From: Paludifilum halophilum
GTDB lineage: Bacteria > Bacillota > Bacilli > Thermoactinomycetales > DSM-45169
Reading direction: 5' to 3'
DNA: 24,000 nt
Assembly (NCBI RefSeq): GCF_002245355.1
Contig: NZ_NOWF01000002.1
Coordinates: 280,996 to 304,995, forward strand
The notes under the pieces were generated by a model. That model had not been told where the DNA came from and did not search any database. It saw only the letters and a program-made list of their open reading frames with translations. Shown here piece after piece: positions 23,664 through 24,000 of the stretch; within the stretch, counting starts at the first letter, position 1, and every line of letters begins with the position of its first letter. The translations under genes and the position numbers were made by a program.

Positions 23664-24000
23664 CTAAGCCGGGAGTCCCGGATGTTCCTTCCGTGTTGAT
23701 TTCTGTCCGTCTTCCAATTCCCAAACGGCGCCCCGTTCATCCTTGTAGACGACATGGTGACGGTCCAACTCCACCGGCGACTTGGTTCCGGCGGCGGCGG
23801 CCACCCGGAAGAGGCCTTTCCGGAGAGAGAGAACATAGTTAGCGACCCGGTACTTTTTCTCTTCCACCACCAGGCCCCGCTGTAATTTGGAATCCGTGGT
23901 GGCTACACCGACCGGGCAATCATTCGTGTGACATTTCAAAGCTTGGATACAACCGACACTGATCATCATGCCCCGGGCGATATTGACCAGATCCGCCCCC
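23664..24000 (-). CDS. Glutamate synthase-related FMN-binding protein (GltB domain-2-like, YerD-like), C-terminal part; N-terminus lies beyond the window end
   Basis: The reading frame is open to the window edge. GADLVNIARGMMISVGCIQALKCHTNDCPVGVATTD is the conserved C-terminal FMN/Fe-S-proximal segment of this family. Confidence 0.8.
   Translation of the reverse strand, partial: GADLVNIARGMMISVGCIQALKCHTNDCPVGVATTDSKLQRGLVVEEKKYRVANYVLSLRKGLFRVAAAAGTKSPVELDRHHVVYKDERGAVWELEDGQKSTRKEHPGLPA

Noticed and set aside
1-24000. Search for CRISPR arrays, tRNA/rRNA genes, transposases, integrases, toxin-antitoxin pairs and known defence systems
   Set aside because: I found no direct-repeat arrays, no tRNA-like T-arm/acceptor patterns, no DDE/tyrosine-recombinase-like ORFs, and no terminal inverted repeats by eye. 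A computational scan (tRNAscan-SE, ISEScan, DefenseFinder) would be needed to be certain.

Overview
This window looks like chromosomal backbone from a spore-forming, Bacillales-like Firmicute. Most genes lie on the minus strand. The recognisable backbone is ccpA (5' part, runs off the left edge), aroA (chorismate mutase/DAHP synthase), ytxG-ytxH, a GH3 NagZ-like hexosaminidase, an IDH-like dehydrogenase, a YeiH-type transporter with a divergent LysR regulator, a TetR-sugE (Gdx/SMR) pair, a flavoprotein disulfide oxidoreductase, ytxJ, two tandem RsfA-family regulators, a membrane acyltransferase, a TPR protein, a CoA-binding protein, and the 3' part of a glutamate-synthase-related FMN protein (runs off the right edge). 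An ECF sigma/anti-sigma pair and a half-size EamA transporter sit where B. subtilis has ytxJ. I found no tRNA, rRNA, CRISPR array, transposase or integrase by eye. Items worth following up: (1) a 542-aa protein made of five tandem ~95-aa modules that resemble, from my memory of the sequence, the eukaryotic FAIM1 (Fas apoptotic inhibitory molecule) domain; (2) a ~360-bp GC-rich, hairpin-rich non-coding block after the acyltransferase gene that I could not assign to any RNA class; (3) next to it, a strong orphan sigma-A-type promoter paired with an intrinsic terminator, delimiting a ~210-nt transcript; (4) a disulfide oxidoreductase whose CxxxxC redox motif reads GxxxxC, encoded next to ytxJ; (5) two paralogous tiny membrane peptides missed by the ORF track. 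All family assignments come from motif recognition by eye. No database search was run.
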